A stretch of DNA of 64,000 nt from an uncultured Candidatus Saccharibacteria bacterium. GTDB lineage: Bacteria > Patescibacteriota > Minisyncoccia > Minisyncoccales > GWA2-38-27. A model generated the notes under the pieces. That model was given only the letters and a program-made list of their open reading frames with translations. It made no database searches and was not told where the DNA came from. Shown here piece by piece: positions 63,759 through 64,000 of the stretch. A program made the position numbers and the translations under genes. The stretch is from positions 8,031 through 72,030 of the forward strand of contig CAZDKD010000001.1 of NCBI GenBank assembly GCA_964506305.1, in the 5' to 3' direction. Position 1 is the first letter of the stretch, and each line of letters starts with the position of its first letter.

Positions 63759-64000
63759 AATGCCTGAGATAAATAAAAAAGAATTTGAAGAACTAAAAAG
63801 GTTAAGATTAGTAGAACAATCAGTGATGGCAGGTTTAAAAGAAGCTGGATTTTCGGACAAAGCCCTCGAATTTTTTGGATACAAAAAGAATTTTTTGCTT
63901 GATGAAGATCCCTTAAAAGAAAAGGCAAATGCAACTGGTGGGTTTACCGGTGCTTGCGGAGACCATGTGGATATTTATTTGAAGATTGAAGGGAATATAA
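63759..64000 (+). CDS. IscU/NifU-like Fe-S scaffold protein, N-terminal part (3' end outside window)
   Basis: RBS AAGGAGAT; ...ATGGFTGACGDHVDIYLKIEGN resembles IscU GAPACGDVMKLQIKV block. Confidence 0.45.

Noticed and set aside
1-64000. tRNA, rRNA or CRISPR arrays
   Set aside because: I found no T-loop-like GGTTCGAATCC-type motifs with cloverleaf context. No rRNA-like conserved stretches were seen. The short palindromic repeats present are irregularly spaced and heterogeneous, so they are not CRISPR.

Overview
This is a 64 kb AT-rich segment (roughly one-third GC by eye), densely packed with about 95 mostly small genes, almost all on the + strand. The gene content and reduced-genome style suggest a Patescibacteria/CPR-like bacterium, but that is inference from composition and gene set, not from any search.

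Recognisable housekeeping genes:
- Lipoprotein processing: lspA (cut at the window start), lgt, and the lipoproteins that follow them.
- Core metabolism and biosynthesis: rsmI, a chorismate mutase, class I fructose-bisphosphate aldolase (FbaB/DhnA type), shikimate kinase, meso-diaminopimelate dehydrogenase, thioredoxin, cdsA, dgkA, archaeal-type UMP kinase, a GH15-like glycoside hydrolase, a fused 2-oxoacid:ferredoxin oxidoreductase with its ferredoxin, and nitroreductase.
- Membrane, stress and envelope functions: an S8 subtilase, mscS, a HIT hydrolase, an SPFH protein, cyclophilin, MazG, cspA, a trypsin-like protease, corA, an HD hydrolase, and ybaB.
- Information processing and repair: a Pif1-like helicase, a sigma-70 factor, and UDG family 4.
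- Iron uptake and Fe-S assembly: a DtxR-FeoA regulator with feoB, yjbQ, and an IscU/NifU-like scaffold (cut at the window end).

I found no tRNA, rRNA or CRISPR array.

Accessory content is concentrated at 17.9-24.0 kb. It holds a restriction-modification-like trio: a convergent PD-(D/E)XK endonuclease candidate, a D12-class adenine methyltransferase, and a single 522-aa ORF that fuses a complete LexA repressor to a complete Dam-like methyltransferase. Next to it sit GIY-YIG, HEPN-like and GxxExxY nuclease-like genes. I regard the LexA-Dam fusion as the best candidate for something undescribed.

The intergenic DNA is unusually repetitive. I recognise at least eight recurring families:
- a tandem array at 10.14-11.97 kb of about seven sigma70-promoter-driven, terminator-ended non-coding units, each with complementary purine/pyrimidine arms that look like a Shine-Dalgarno-sequestering switch;
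- four near-identical ~75-bp promoter plus 5'UTR cassettes driving ddh, two membrane proteins and cdsA;
- a five-copy promoter/operator-like cassette (GCTCGCAGAACCTTGATTCGCTAAGG...ATATAATCTTGAA);
- a two-copy ~70-nt structured element with compensatory base changes;
- a composite palindromic MITE-like repeat in five copies, associated with a 96%-identical ~410-bp segmental duplication that brackets mscS and pif1;
- a family of GC-rich CCCCGCC..GGCGGGG hairpins, one of which is inserted into a copy of the promoter cassette;
- a recurring AAAGGTCG(A/T)A box upstream of several start codons;
- an ~1.1-kb two-gene insertion flanked by ~50-bp direct repeats that duplicate the 3' end of the ferredoxin gene.

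A ~240-nt promoter-to-terminator structured RNA of unknown class lies at 7.9-8.2 kb. Other notable context: a zinc-ribbon/vWA membrane-protein cluster at 1.9-5.5 kb, and a DUF5320/NifX-like/Mrp-ferredoxin/CDF-NifX cluster next to the oxidoreductase genes.
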